Assembly (NCBI GenBank): GCA_035601235.1
Contig: DATNOR010000186.1
Span: 279-64,278, forward strand
Origin: Gemmatimonadales bacterium
Lineage (GTDB): Bacteria; Gemmatimonadota; Gemmatimonadetes; Gemmatimonadales; GWC2-71-9
Length of the DNA: 64,000 bases
Reading direction: 5' to 3'
The notes beneath the pieces were generated by a model. The model searched no databases, was not told where the DNA came from, and saw only the letters and a list, made by a program, of their open reading frames with translations. Below are positions 63,978 to 64,000 of this stretch, piece after piece. How positions within the stretch are numbered: position 1 is the stretch's first letter; the number at the start of each line of letters is the position of its first letter. The translations under genes were made by a program, and so were the position numbers.

Positions 63978-64000
63978 GCCGAGGTGTGACTGAAGCCAGT

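Noticed and set aside
1-64000. Genomic island, prophage or defence-system signals
   Set aside because: There are no integrase, transposase, phage structural, restriction-modification, toxin-antitoxin or known defence-system motifs. There are no flanking tRNA genes, and composition is uniform apart from short intergenic regions.

Overview
High-GC, very compact chromosomal segment from a diderm bacterium. Lnt, a LolA-like protein, an Omp85-type barrel, a TonB-plug-like protein and SPOR proteins are present. The short RpoD-like sigma factor and the GldA/F/G-type ABC system suggest the FCB/Gemmatimonadota neighbourhood, but that is only a guess. I can support about 60 protein genes, mostly housekeeping: prs, ctc, pth, ychF, rpsF-rpsR-rplI, rsfS, smc, a DAHP synthase, rpmE-prfA-prmC-tmk, hemL, rimO, yajQ, lepB, lnt. 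They sit in long co-directional arrays, and many junctions have 1- or 4-nt start/stop overlaps. I see no rRNA, tRNA, CRISPR array, transposase, integrase or prophage genes. Four things are not explained by the gene list. (1) A textbook sigma-54 -24/-12 promoter (TTGGCAC-N5-TTGC, minus strand, 17052..17036) lies in front of an uncharacterised secreted three-gene unit: a JAB-like protein, a barrel-less CarboxypepD_reg/plug protein and a 425-aa lipoprotein. Two palindromic boxes sit about 100 and 160 nt upstream of it, and a sigma-54 activator is encoded elsewhere in the window. (2) A GTGA-N6-TCAC palindrome (CRP-type, also fitting TGT-N10-ACA) occurs six times in the roughly 2 kb of non-coding DNA. 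Two of these are tandem copies right after the stop codon of a Crp-family gene whose recognition helix keeps the RETVxR residues. (3) A roughly 120-bp palindromic element whose arms are tandem heptamers (AACGCGG)4 is present in two diverged, oppositely oriented copies, each wedged between a stop codon and the next gene. (4) Related G-rich heptamer arrays (GGGGACG, GGGAAAC, GGACTCG, AGGGGTC) are embedded in frame inside hyuA, prmC, hyuB and the sigma-54 activator gene, and one fills a whole intergenic spacer. Several of them match the G-quadruplex pattern. Many long reverse-strand ORFs in the supplied track are high-GC shadow ORFs and were not called.
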